This document shows, piece by piece, positions 14,046-25,980 of a DNA stretch of 64,000 nucleotides. The first letter of the stretch is position 1. Each line of letters begins with the position of its first letter. The translations under genes and the position numbers were made by a program. Source of the DNA: Lama glama (taxonomy: Eukaryota); the NCBI GenBank assembly GCA_028534125.1, contig CM052818.1:29576001-29640000 (forward strand), written 5' to 3'. Under the pieces are notes generated by a model. That model was not told the origin of the DNA. It ran no database searches and worked only from the letters and a program-made list of their open reading frames with translations.

Positions 14046-14713
14046 ATCTGTTTTATTTTCTATTACCTTTTTAATTTTTACTTTTTCAACAGTTGTATAT
14101 GTCTACAGTTTTAATCCCTTTTAAATTTTTCTTTTAAAATATTTTTATTATTACTATTTTTAAAAAATCCACCTCATTTCATTTTTAATTCTCTTGGTTT
14201 TGATCTCCTGTTCTTGATTATATACAGGTTTCAAATATTGTTTTTTGATTTTTTTCCTCTTTAGGTTTTTAAAAGATGTATCAATTGCTATTCTGCCTCA
14301 ACTTGCTCTTCTATTATTGATTATACACTGTTTTCAAACCTTTTTTCCTTCCTTCTTTTAAAATTCTCGTTTTATCCTTTCTTAAAATCTGTTCTATTTT
14401 CTATTACCTTTTAAAATTTTACTTTTTAAACAATTGTATATGTCTCCAGTTTTAATCCCTTTTAAATTTTTCTTTTAAAATATTTTTATTACTATTTTTA
14501 AAAAATCCACCTCATTTCATTTTTAATTCTCTTGGTTTTGATCTCCTGTTATTGATTATACACAGGTTTCAAATATTGTTTTCTGTTTTTTCCTCCTTTT
14601 TTAAAGGTTTTTAAAAGTCTCAACTCAATTGCTATTCTGCTTCAGTTTGCTCTTCTATTATTGATTATACACTGTTTTCAAACCTTTTTTTGCCCCACTC
14701 TTTTAAAATTCTC
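14046..14713 (+). repeat. Two-copy T-rich tandem duplication (period 341 bp) in the L1 5'UTR
   Basis: atctgttttattttctattacc at 14046 recurs as atctgttctattttctattacc at 14387 and stays colinear to aaattctc. Confidence 0.9.
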
Positions 14714-14826
14714 TCAAAATTTTTTTAAGTTTTATTCCTGCATAGGCTTTAGATAGACAGATAAATAAACTCCTTAAGGACCACAATAGATGACTGATAC
14801 TCTTTAAGCCACAGTGCTAGACAGAT

Positions 14827-15709
14827 ATGAGCAATATGAAGAAGCAGAGGAACCACTCCCAATTAAAAGAGCAAGAGAAATCCCCTGAAAGAACAATCAA
14901 TGAAATAGACATTGATGGCCTACTAGGTCAAGATTTCAAAAAAGGAGTGATCAAAGTACTGAAGGAACTAAAAGAGATAGTATTTAGAGATATAAAATAT
15001 GTCAAAAATGAAATCGAAGCTATAAAGAAGAACCAAGTAGAACTGGTAAACTCATTTGCTGAGATGAGAGCTGATCTAAAGGCTGTACAAAGCAGGTGTA
15101 CAAGTGACCCAGAAGACAGGACAACAGAAAGCACCCAATCAAAATAGCTGAGAGAAAAACAAATGAAAAACAATGAAAACAATATAAGGGACTTACGGGA
15201 TAATATAAAGTGTGCCAATCTATGCATAATAGGGGTTCCAGAAGGGGAGGAAAGAACAAAGGGGATTGAAAAGGTATTTGAAGAAATCATGACTGAAAAC
15301 TTCCCAAACCTCGACAAGGAATCAGATATCCAAGTACAGGAGGCTCAGAGGGTCCCAAACAGGAAGAACCCAAACAGACCCACACCAAGACATATCATAA
15401 TCAAGATGGCCAGAGTCAAGGATAAAGAAACGATCCTAAAGGCAGCAAGAGAAAAACAAAGAGTGAGCTACAAGGGAATCCCCATAAGGCTCTCAGCTGA
15501 TTTCTCTACACAAACACTACAGGCCAGAAGGGAGCGGCAAGATATATTCAAATTCCTGAATGAAATAAAGATGCAGCCTGGGATACTCTACCCAGCAAGG
15601 CTATCCTTTAGAATAGAAAGAGAGACAAAGAATTTCACAGACAAGCAAAAACTAAGAGTTTAACAACACTAAACCCATGCTAAAAGAAATACTGACAGGT
15701 CTGCTCTAA
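14827..15709 (+). pseudogene. L1 ORF1p, disrupted (in-frame TAG 15145-15147, late frameshift near 15655)
   Basis: The ORF-track pieces at 14827 and 15163 are in the same frame. Motifs NLCIIGVPEGEE, ENFPNL, RPTPRHIIIK, PIRLSADFS and YPARLSF are typical of L1 ORF1p. Confidence 0.9.
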
Positions 15710-16113
15710 ATAGAAAAGAAGCAGGATGCTACAAAAATGAGAAACTCATAACTGGAAAGGTGATAACTATCATGAATTACAAATAGAATAAACACAAAAA
15801 TGTGAAAGAAGACATCTAAATCATTAAGAGTGGGTGAGGAAGTAAGGAAATATAGAGTATTTTTTTTCCTTTTTTAAATTTTTTGTTCTCCATAGGATAG
15901 GTTTAAGATTATATTACTATCTGTTTAATACAAAGAGTTATAGTAATGGGTTAACAGACTTTCAAAAAGGGTAACCACAAGCCAAAATCTTATAAGTGAG
16001 TCACAAAACCTAAATAAAATCCAAGATAATACAAAGGAAAATTACCAAACCACAAAAGGAAGAAGAAAAGAACAAAGAGGATATACCAAATCAACTGCAA
16101 AAATAAGTTCAAA

Positions 16114-16540
16114 ATGGCAATAAACACACATCTGTCATTAACGACTGTAAATGTTAATGGACTAAATGCTCCAGTCAAAAGACGTAGAGTGGCAGAGTGG
16201 ATAATAAAGCAAGAATCTTCAATACGCTGCATACAAGAGACCCACTTTAGGGAGAAGTAACCCTACTTCAAAATGACACCTGCAACCCAATGTTCATAGC
16301 AGCACTGTTTACAATAGCCAAGACATGGAAGCGGCCTAAATGTCCGTCAACTGATGACTGGATAAAGAAGATGTGGTATATTTATTTATACAATGGAATA
16401 CTATTCAGTCTTAAAAATTGACAACATAACGCCATTTGCAGCAGCATGGATGTTCCTGGAGAATGTCATTCTAAGTGAAGTAAGCCAGAAAGAGAAAGAA
16501 AAATACCATATGAGATCATTCACATGTGGAATCTTAAAAA
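16114..16540 (+). pseudogene. L1 ORF2 remnant: first 48 codons of the endonuclease fused to the C-terminal end
   Basis: MAINTHLSLTTVNVNGLNAPVKRRRVAEWIIKQESSIRCIQETHFREK* (16114-16260), followed directly by DTCNPMFIAALFTIAKTWKRPKCPSTDDWIKKMW...MEYYSV...LSEVSQKEK. No RT domain. Confidence 0.9.
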
Positions 16541-16855
16541 AAAACAAAAACAAAAACATAAATACAAAACAGAAACAGACTCATAGACATAGAATACAAA
16601 CTTGTGGTTGCCAAGGGGGTGGGAGCTGGGAAGGGACAGACTGGGATTTCAAAATGCATAATAGATAAACAAGATTATACTGTATAGCACAGGGAAATAT
16701 ATACAACATCTTGTGGTAGCTCACAGTGAAGAAAAATGTGATAATGAATATATATGTATGTTCATGTATAACTGAAAAATTGTGCTCTACACTGAAATTT
16801 GACACAACATTGTAAAATGATTATAACTCAATAAAAAAAATTAAAAAAAAAAAGA

Positions 16856-17520
16856 AAGAAAACGGATCAAGGACATGAGTATGTAATTCACTGAAGAGAA
16901 AATCCAGAAGACTTACATGAGAGGAAACACTGCCTCACTGAAAATGCCAACTTAAGACTGCATTTGTATCCATTCTGCCAAAATATTTTCAAATTACCAA
17001 ATTTGAAACAAGAAAATGATGGACCTACTGCTGACAGGGATATAAAGTGGGAGAAGAACAATACTCAAGGCATTCCTAGTGGAAATGTGAATTTTAAGAC
17101 TTTGGAAATCAATCTAGAATTTAAATTCAAGATAAATATATCCAATAACTTAATAAGCATATCCTTTATAATTTAAAGAAATAAATCCCAGTACTTAAGG
17201 ATATCTATGTAACACATTTATTGAATCACTGTTTACAAGAGCCAAAAACAAACTACAGCAAACTGAATGCCCAATAGAAGAATGGTTCAATAGATCAACA
17301 CATTTACAAAGAGTATTATGTAATCACTAAAAATTAGTTTAATCTATGTTAAAATAGGTCATAAAAAAATCCTCTAAGTTAGAAAATCAAGATGCAGAAA
17401 CATTCATATACTATATCCTAATTTACTGAGCAATTAAAAAAGTCTATACACGACAATGTGGACATGGAAAACATACTACAGCTTATTCACTAGATTATTA
17501 ATATTAGCTTTTTATGAAGG
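16856..17520 (+). mobile_element. Old L1ME-type 3' fragment, host of the young L1 (continues at ~12760-12912)
   Basis: Joining the flanks restores caataagaaaatgggtcaaggacatga...aattcac, a decayed L1 ORF2 3' sequence. Confidence 0.65.
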
Positions 17521-17716
17521 CAAGCACTGTAGCTCAAGTGGTGAGGAACGATAGAAAAGCTAAAATGCAAGATTGAATTTTAAAGCTGTACATGCTTTTT
17601 TCAAATGCATATGATATTCCAGTTGTATCAAGTTTTATGTCTACTCCATAAACAGAAATATAGACAGATAATTAGTAACAGAATAATTCTAAGTATACCC
17701 TATTTTATTGTCACTG

Positions 17717-17963
17717 CAGTAGTCTTTCAGCTAGGTGCCATACTCAAATTATACAAAATGTTAATGCTGTAATCTAGTAATACTAGAAGTTTGGTCTACT
17801 TTTGTTTCCTTATATTCCTCTTTCTTTTCATCTTTTATTTTTTAGGATGTTTTGTGACATTCATAATGTATTAGCTCTATAGCTCATGGGTCACATACAT
17901 AGGGTGCCAACTAAAACATTTTTGATGATATTAGTGTGCAATCCGAAAGTTTTGAGATCACAG
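17717..17963. mobile_element. Probable hAT-Charlie MITE relic
   Basis: Degenerate TIR-like ends cagtagtctt / gagatcacag around an AT-rich interior. Confidence 0.4.
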
Positions 17964-18559
17964 TAGATACAATTAAGCAGGATACTTTTTACACTAAAAC
18001 TCCTTCAGGAAAGTTTTTATTCACCTAGTTACCTATGGATTCTACAGACTTATGATTCTGTAGCGTCAACATTCTGGCCATTGTTTCTCCTAGGACTGGT
18101 TTATCAGCACCTTCCTCTTCCCTCCATCTCCACCCCCTTCCACCCTGTCAGAGTTACCAAGTTTTAAGTGAAGGATCTCAAAGGAGGTATTAAAAATAAT
18201 TTTACAAAAATTTTGTTCTGCTCCTCAGCTACCTCCTGTCCCCTTAATATGTGATTAATCTACACCCATTACCACCACCACTTCCTTTTCTCTTACAATC
18301 TGATTTTTATATCATCTAAGTTCTTTCTCCCCAATGTTCCTGTGAGAATTTTATGAACGACCTACACATTTAAAAAAGAAAAAGAAAAAACTAAGAACTA
18401 CAAAGTACCATAAAATCGCCATGGTGACCTTCTGTTCTTCTTGCAAGAACAGTAACAGCTTCATAGATCTCACTATCCTTAAGATCTCTACAGCACTTGT
18501 CAAACACATAAAAATGTAAGAAGCTTACATCTCCCTATTTATAAACCCCACACAACTAT

Positions 18560-19945
18560 ACTGAGTTCCATCTGGTGTCCTTCCCCCTAGGCCTGAAGAA
18601 CTTCCTTCAGAATTTCCTGTTGGACAGATACATAACAAACGGTCTCCATTTTCATTTTTCTGAAAATATTTTTATTTTACCTTTGTTTTTGAAGGATTTC
18701 TCCTTGGACATAAGGAAACAAGCTATCTACTTGAAATTTTAGCACTTCAAAAACGTTCCACCCCTTTACAACCTCCTTTGTTCTTGATGAGAAGTGGCCC
18801 ATCTTTTATATCACTGTTCTACTCCATGTAATTTGTCTTTTTACTCTGGCTGATTTCAATCTTCTCTTTATCTTGGATTTTCAGCTGTTTTTTATGACGT
18901 GCCCAGGTGCGATTTTCCTCATATTCATCTTGAGGTTTGCTGAGCTGCTTTCATCTTTAAATTTGTTTTTCACCTCATTTGGGAAACTGCCAGCCATTAC
19001 CTTTTCAAACATTTTTCCTGCCACATTCTCTTGTCTTCTGAGACCACAATTACATACGTACTATTTGCTATTATACTACAAGACTGAGACACCTTTCCAT
19101 TTTTTTTCATTTTTCTCTTTGTTCTCAGAATGACTGAATTTGAAGACAGATTGACAGAAATTACGTTTACTTCCACTTGGGTTTTTTGTTTTCTATTTTT
19201 CTCTTAAACTTCCCATCTACTGTTGCATTATGACCGTATTTTAAGTCTGCTATAACAGCTGCTTTTAAAGTCCATGTGCACTAAATTTTAGTATGTCAGT
19301 CATCTTGGGGTTGTTTCCTATTGACTGCTTCTTCTCTTGACTGTGCGTCATTCTCCCTTTCTTCTCATGATTGGTATTACAGAAAGGGTATTATGAACAT
19401 TATGTTGTAGAGACCATCATCTTCTGAAGAATATTGACCAGACACTTAATTGGCTAGATTCAAGCTCCAACTACTGTTTTCCTATGGTGTGCAGGAGCTA
19501 GAACTACTCATCTCTTTCCATTTTCCAGATGTTTCTTATCATTGGGAATTTCAGAGTCTCTCCATGGATCGGCCAAGAATTTGGACAGAATTTACATATA
19601 AACATTGGGGTTTTCTCTTCTGCGGCTCCCTCCTTTCCTGGATGCATCTCCTCACTTTCCAGTCAGTCTGGCAACCACAAATGCCGTTCATCCCCCAACT
19701 CCTCCAGCCAGTAACTGCCACTTGCTGCCCTACATCTAGCCTGCTCTGCATAGACTGGGGAATGTCATCAAGCACAAACAATACATAAAGGATAACTTTA
19801 TCCTATGCAATTCACATCTTCCAAGAATCAACTCCCTTCCAATTTCTCTGCTCTCTGGTGGCTTCAAATAATTGACTTTATATTTTGTCCAGAGTGTACA
19901 ACTGTTACCTGTATGAAGGGTCACCTGATAGAAGTCTGCTGCTAC
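18560..19945 (-). mobile_element. Old L1M 5'/ORF1-region fragment, reverse orientation
   Basis: T-rich antisense L1 phrases (cttccttcagaatttc, ttcttgatgagaagt, tttgggaaactgccagccatt). Confidence 0.65.
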
Positions 19946-20529
19946 TGGCATGGCCAGAATAAGAATCTTCTCCCCACTGACATTTTAGAAGCATGTTTTT
20001 ACCTTCATTTCCTTTACCCTTCTCATGTCCTTCAAGACCAGAGACAGCAAAATGTGCTTACACTGGCACAAAAAAGCATAGAGTATGAATTTTAAAATGA
20101 TCACATCTTACTATGCATGTTTACATTTGGTAATGCAATTATTTTTAAAGTGAGAAAAAAAATGCCCTCTTTAGAGAAATAGGCAGATGTAGGGGCTTTA
20201 CCCCCTATCTGGAAGATAGCATTACCTTGTACATTAGCTCAGAAAACCATGGGGTTCATCATGATGTGCAATGTGACTCATAAAAGCGATATGTTTGCCA
20301 AAGCCAGAAGATTCATGACGTTTCCAGCAACTAGGGAATTTGTAAGATCTAAGTCATTGAATAAAATAGCATTGTTATATGTTACCCACTGAGTAATGCA
20401 AGCCAATTAGAGTAAATGGCTGTATGTAACTCCCCAGACTTATCCTGCCATTCATGTGGTAACAGTCTGGTGTTCTACATTCTGCAGGGAGGCCAGTTCT
20501 AACTTCACTGATTTCTGTCAGCGTTCAGA

Positions 20530-20650
20530 CAGCTGAGAGACTTGGAAACCATCGAGTCCAATCACATCACTCTACAGATGGGGAAACTGAGGGCCAGAGG
20601 GATGAAGTAACTTACTCAACACCAAAAAACTGAGCCTCTGTTAGCAATGG
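20530..20650 (-). mobile_element. MIR SINE
   Basis: tacagatggggaaactgagggccagagggatgaagtaactt is the reverse MIR core. Confidence 0.75.
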
Positions 20651-23207
20651 CAGAAACAAGATTAGAGTCAATTCCTTTTTCCAGTATCTTACACGATTTC
20701 TCCTAGACTCAGCAGGAAAAGAGTTCTTAAAATTAAAAACAAGAGCTTCAAAGGCCAAAGTATTAAGGGAAGTAAACAAAACCCCTAATTTCTTTTCTCT
20801 CTCTCTGTTGAGCATTTAACTTTATATCCTTAAAGGCTAAAGACAGCAAAATAAACTTATTCCCCAAGAGCTGTCTAACAGAACTACTAACAAAAATAAT
20901 AGCAAACAATTCAAATACAAAGGACCGGAAGAGCTCCACGGAAAGTTACATTACCATTAACTTGTATCACTCACCTGCTTACATTTTATTGCCATAACCC
21001 ATTTATCCTGTTAAATCTCTTTTCATGTCTTTTAGTTACACATTAAACTACCCATAGGGGACCCAGGAGATATTGAGTTCTAAGGACTAATTTGCTGAAA
21101 TGTTGAAAATAAAAAGGACTGGTAAGTTCCTCATTTCTGTGAGACTTCCCATAAATGCCAACGCAGGTCCTATGAGAACACCCTTAACACTGTCACTGCT
21201 TTCTACTACTACCATCTCTAACAGCGCTCTTCCACAGAGTTCAATTCGTCGGCTTCTGATAACTTCACAGCCATCAGTTCTCCCCAACAGAAATACCTGC
21301 ATTTTTAAACCAAAAAACCAAAAGTAATCTTTGTGTGCGTATACATTATACCAGTTGCCTGGGTTCTTAAGAATGAAATCACGAGAACAATTTGGAAACA
21401 TTTACACTGGCAAACGCAGAGCCCACTGAGGTAAAATATTAAAAAAAAAAAATTGGTCAGGCCTCTTGGCTGCCAAAAAAAAAAAAAAAGTCAAGAAACT
21501 GTTTCAAAATGCCTGTATTGTTCTAACTGCTTCCTCCACCCCAGCCCCCAACTGTTTCCACTGAGCAGTAAATAAAATCCCATCTGAGTCCCAGGGCAAC
21601 CAACCGGCTATCTGAACGACTGGGAGGGAGGACGGGGCAGACCAGTAAGGAGGGTCAGAGAGGCAGGCCAAGAACGTCTGCATTTAACCATCTTCACTGC
21701 TATAAACCAAATATTTGATTTTGCTCCCTTATTTCCCTTCAAAAATACATGCAAGTGAAACAAAGGTTTGATTCAAATGTACGAGGGACTGGTTAGAATG
21801 TTATGAATAAAATGCTCATCTGTTGAAAGGTATGTTCCACTGGGGCGGATGTCTGCTGGAGTGAGCAGCGTGGGGACCACGTGGTCCTCTGATACTCAGG
21901 GATGTATCCTAAGATGGTTTCCTCTCTCTTACCCCCTTGGCTTCCTATCTTCCACCTATGACAGGAATGAAATAAAGTCTGTAAAGTTAGGAGGGACTGA
22001 AACCTCCCTGGTGAGAGGAAGGAACCCAGACCTCTGAAGCAGCCCCGTCAAGGGGGTGGTATTTGGACAACAGAGGACAGAGTGTACCGGCAGAAAACAG
22101 GGCCAGGAAGAGGAGGTGGGGTGAGAAGAGCTTCAGAGAGTTTAGGGTCGTGGGAACAGGGACTCTTGGGGGGTAGCTGCTGTGTACAGAAATCAAGAGT
22201 ATTGGGAAGAAAGGATTTCAAGTTTTTCTGTGGGACCTAGGAGCTCCTGAAATATTTCACTCATTAAGTGTTTAAACGAAAACTGGTGATAAATTACTGT
22301 TGTTCCCTGTAAGGCCAAAAAACTCCACCTATGAAACATGTCTCCACTATTCCTCCAGGAATAACACACTCATCCCACTGTTTGTATATAATACAGATAA
22401 GAAAATGGGGGTAAAAAATCAGAAGGAATAATCCACAAGTCTTCAGGTCTGGAGTTGGCAGCACCTATTTGATTGGAACCTACACCAAAATCCTAAATCT
22501 TTTCTATATCAGAGCCCAGGTTGAAAGGTTCATGAATTTGACTAGTCCTAATACAGACTGTCCTTACAATAAATTTGCTAATGAAGAAGAAGGCCATGTT
22601 ATTATAATGGCACGCCATACACTGTCAGGGATGGAGAGAACCCAGTAAAGAAGAAATACTTTATGTGGCATAACTGGTAGACGGACAGGCTTTGTCTGAG
22701 GGGAGTCTGAGTCCCACAGATTTGTGTGTTTTTAGCAGATTCTTAGAGGTCGATAAAAAAAAAAAACTGGTATATAACTATGGAAATAGACTACCTACTA
22801 CTTCAAGCCCCTCACATTACAGAGAAACTTGAGATGCAAAAAGGCTGACCTATTTTCTCCAGCCACATAGCTAGAGGGACCCCGCACCTGGAGCTGGGCG
22901 TGGGGTGAGGACTTTCCTCAAAGGGCAGCAGGGGAGGCACCACCAGGGAGTGTCAGAAGGAAGAATCGCACTGAAAGTCAAAGTCCAAACGGCATCAAGG
23001 AACATTTGGAAAGCTTTCCCTGGAAGGGCTCCAGAAGCAGATTCTGAAGCTGGACTGGAGACTGGGAAATCCAGACCTGGGAGACACAGCCGGGTGGAGG
23101 CCCTGAGAGCACAGGGCTTCCTTCTGGCAGCTCATCAGGCTCGAATGCCTGGGGCTCTTTGTCACTATTCTTATGTTTTGCAACTCTGCATTATGTTGAA
23201 GTAAAAG

Positions 23208-23803
23208 TGAGACAGGAGGAAAGAGGTCAGGGCACAACCATTAAAAGAGTAACACAGCATTGAGGATAGGACATAAACTGGTCAGAATTAACTCAGTCCA
23301 AGATGGCAGAAGAGTCACCTTCCAGCAGACCTTGAGCCTCACTGTAATACATCAGCACTCTAAATGACACAACCCAGAGGTGCAATGAGTTTCCAGACTG
23401 ACCATAAAAGGCCAAAAAGTGGGTGGGGCCCAATTCCTGGAAATCCCCACCCCTTCCCCAAAACAGCTGTAATAATACTCCCGCTCGTTAGCATATGAAA
23501 TTACAGAGTCCATAAAACAGAAACATTCCCACACCCAGGGCCACTTGTGCTTTCCAAGATGACCCCATCACCCAGGGCAAGGGTAGAGTGGGGGGAGGGG
23601 GTGGAGAGGAGACAGTGCTCCCTCTTCTGAGAGGGACCACATTGTGTCTATGGAACATGTATCTCCTAGGGCGGCCTCTCTTGCCTTCTGAGATGGCCTG
23701 CACTCTGCCTATGGAGTATCTCCCTGAATAAATCTACCGTTGCTTTACTATGTCTCAGTTTTGAATTCTCTCCTATGAGACAAGAACCTATTCTCTGGTA
23801 ACA
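23208..23803 (+). mobile_element. ERV1 solo LTR, MER41-like
   Basis: TG...CA ends (tgagacagg...ggtaaca), 4-bp TSD aaag (23204-23207 / 23804-23807) and aataaa near 23727. Carries MER41 hallmarks ccaagatggc, ttagcatat, ctctgcctatggagta and gaattct...caagaacc. Confidence 0.85.
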
Positions 23804-23929
23804 AAAGCAATGCTTAGCTTCCACCTCTAAGGGTGCACAGGTATCATTCATTCATTCAACTAACATTTATTAACTATCATGTGCCAGAGATACAGATAAA
23901 AGATGGGGGGGTGGGGAGAAAGTGGTCAA

Positions 23930-24050
23930 GAGGGTACAGATGTTGACATCAGACAGTCCTGTGCTGGAATCCTAGCTCCTCCACTCACTGGCTGATAACC
24001 TCAGTTACTGATCCCTCCAAGGCTCAAGTTTCCTGCATCAGTCAAACCAA
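23930..24050 (+). mobile_element. MIR SINE fragment (adjacent L2 3' end at ~23845-23900)
   Basis: tcagacagtcctgtgctggaatcctagctcctccactcactggctg. The L2 tail reads attcattcattcaactaacatttatt. Confidence 0.6.
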
Positions 24051-24734
24051 GAGAACCTCAAAAACATATGGTCTCTATCACTACCCAAATTAACATGGTA
24101 TCTGTTCCAAAGATGCTCACAGACCCGAGAGGACTAGGCAGAATTAACAAGTTACACTCCCGTGGGACCCGAGTTCTATCAGGCACATACCAAGCGCCCA
24201 AGGGAGGAGATCACATCTTCCTCATCACCGCCAATGGGAGTCCTGAGCACGTGCGCAAGGAGCAGAGTACAAACCTCAATTCATTCAGCTCCCTGGACGT
24301 GGACGCTCCATCGAGGTGCTTACTCCCAGAGCCGCTGCCATCCTAGACAGTTGTTAGGCACAACCAGAGGTCGTGTGTCCTGCAGAGGTCTGTCTAGACT
24401 GAAGCAGCCAAGCCTTACTCGGGCCACTTCTTCCCTGGTCACAGGTGTTACTCCAAGGCTGTGCCTCCACATTCTACCCCAACTGCTGGCAAAAGGGAGG
24501 GAAAACTGACTTGACAAGACAATCCTTTTAAAAGCCCACTTCTTCTACCAGCTAGTGCCTTCCCTGTCTTTGCAGAGCTGTAAGGAATGGTGCTGCCTTA
24601 CACTTCACTGAAGTGTTATCACTGCTGGATTTTACAGTTCAGGTCAGATCTCTCTGCAGCATCCCACTCAAGGCATACCATCACCACCTTCGACCCCCTC
24701 CTGTGAAGACAGCAAATGTCATTAAGCAGGTCTG

Positions 24735-24905
24735 GCCCCACCACCTTCTAGCTATACAACTGTGGACAAGTCACTTAACCATGCCTCAGTCTCTAATGGG
24801 GGAATCATAAAAAGAGCTACACCTCGTGGCACTGTGAAGAGGATAAGATGGGTAATTCATGAGAAGTATTCAGACCACACTTGATATAAGCTAAGACTAA
24901 GTATC
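24735..24905 (+). mobile_element. MIR SINE fragment
   Basis: ggacaagtcacttaacc...gcctcagt...actgtgaagaggataagatg. Confidence 0.6.
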
Positions 24906-25776
24906 ATTTTTCACCACAAGAAACTATAGTTGAGACAGAACCCAAGAGTTGAGCACAAAGTCACAAGCACAAAAGATTTAGGAACATGAGTCCCTTTGGG
25001 GAAACACCAGACCACCAGAGTCAACAACTGTTATCCTAGCAAGAGAGCAACTGATGTGTCATGAAACATGCAAGAAAAAGAGTCCAATTTTTAAGCCAAC
25101 AATAATAAACACAAAGAATATCTTCAAAGCCTTTTCCACTGCATACAATTAACACAAACGTGGTACATCGCACAATGTCTATGAGAAAGGAAACAATGGA
25201 ATTACCCAAATTTTCCAACTCTCTTCTCCTGCCTCAGAAATCTACAATATTCTTCCAGAGGTAGTAGAAATCTTGCTTTAATGTTAAAAAAAAAAAAAAC
25301 TTACCAGATTCAGAATGCAGTCTAAGTGCTTACGAAGCAGATACTGCCATCACATTTCATGGTAACATTAGCAAACTGATCAAATTATTTAGATCAAATT
25401 GTACTTTGATCAAACCATTAAGTTAGTAGTGCCAGTCTTCCATGGCAGTTGTAACTATCAAATAATAGTGTTTGCTGAGCTCAGTAAATGATTCATTAGG
25501 GATTTATTAGCTTATTCTACTACTACTATTAGCTATTACTACTACTAGTAATTTGTTTGGAAAATATATAACTGTATTAATGAAAAGAATCCCTGATACT
25601 GACAGAACTAAGAAAGTAAACTTAGGTCAGGAGCCAACGTATCAGAAAGTGAAAAAATTGATTTGCTACATATTAACAGGACAAACAATACCTTGTCCAA
25701 TTGAAGATACATATGGTGACTGACACTGCATAATATGCTCAATATTTTAATATTACACCTTCATGACTGACAAGGA

Positions 25777-25980
25777 CAGGGTTTTTCAACCTCAGTACTA
25801 TTAATGCTTGTACAGATAGCTCTTTATTGTGGGGGCTTGTCTTGTGCACTGGAGGATAATTTAGCATCATCCCTGGCCTCTGGCCATAGATGGCAGTAGT
25901 ACCCTCCCACTCCTGACTTCAACCCTGTCTCCAGACATCACCAAATGTCCCGTGGGGGCCACAATCACCCTGGTGGTGAC
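25777..25980 (-). mobile_element. MER20 hAT-Charlie MITE
   Basis: cagggtttttcaacctcagtactatt...agcatcatccctggcctct...tgtctccagacatcaccaaatgtccc is the reverse of the copy at 6755. Confidence 0.8.

Larger units (their letters stand above)
12913..16855 (+). mobile_element. Lineage-specific L1: intact 5' end, 5'UTR, ORF1, internally deleted ORF2, 3'UTR, poly(A), 17-bp TSD
   Basis: Starts gcgggaccaagatgg (YY1-type L1 5' motif). Has ORF1 and ORF2 homology and a poly(A) at ~16830-16855. TSD aagaaaatgggtcaagg (12896-12912) / aagaaaacggatcaagg (16856-16872). Confidence 0.93.

Noticed and set aside
16240..16275. L1 ORF2 deletion as a splicing (SpIRE-type) event
   Set aside because: The removed sequence is not visible, and the usual ORF2 continuation after QETHF..K (Asp-Thr codons) does not suggest a GT donor. 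Microhomology-mediated deletion is at least as plausible, so this is not claimed.
21213..21296. Possible 84-nt cassette exon of LTBP1 (cag|GTATTTC...GATG|gtagta)
   Set aside because: Poor polypyrimidine tract, weak donor and an in-frame TAG in the LTBP1 frame. There is no support without RNA data.
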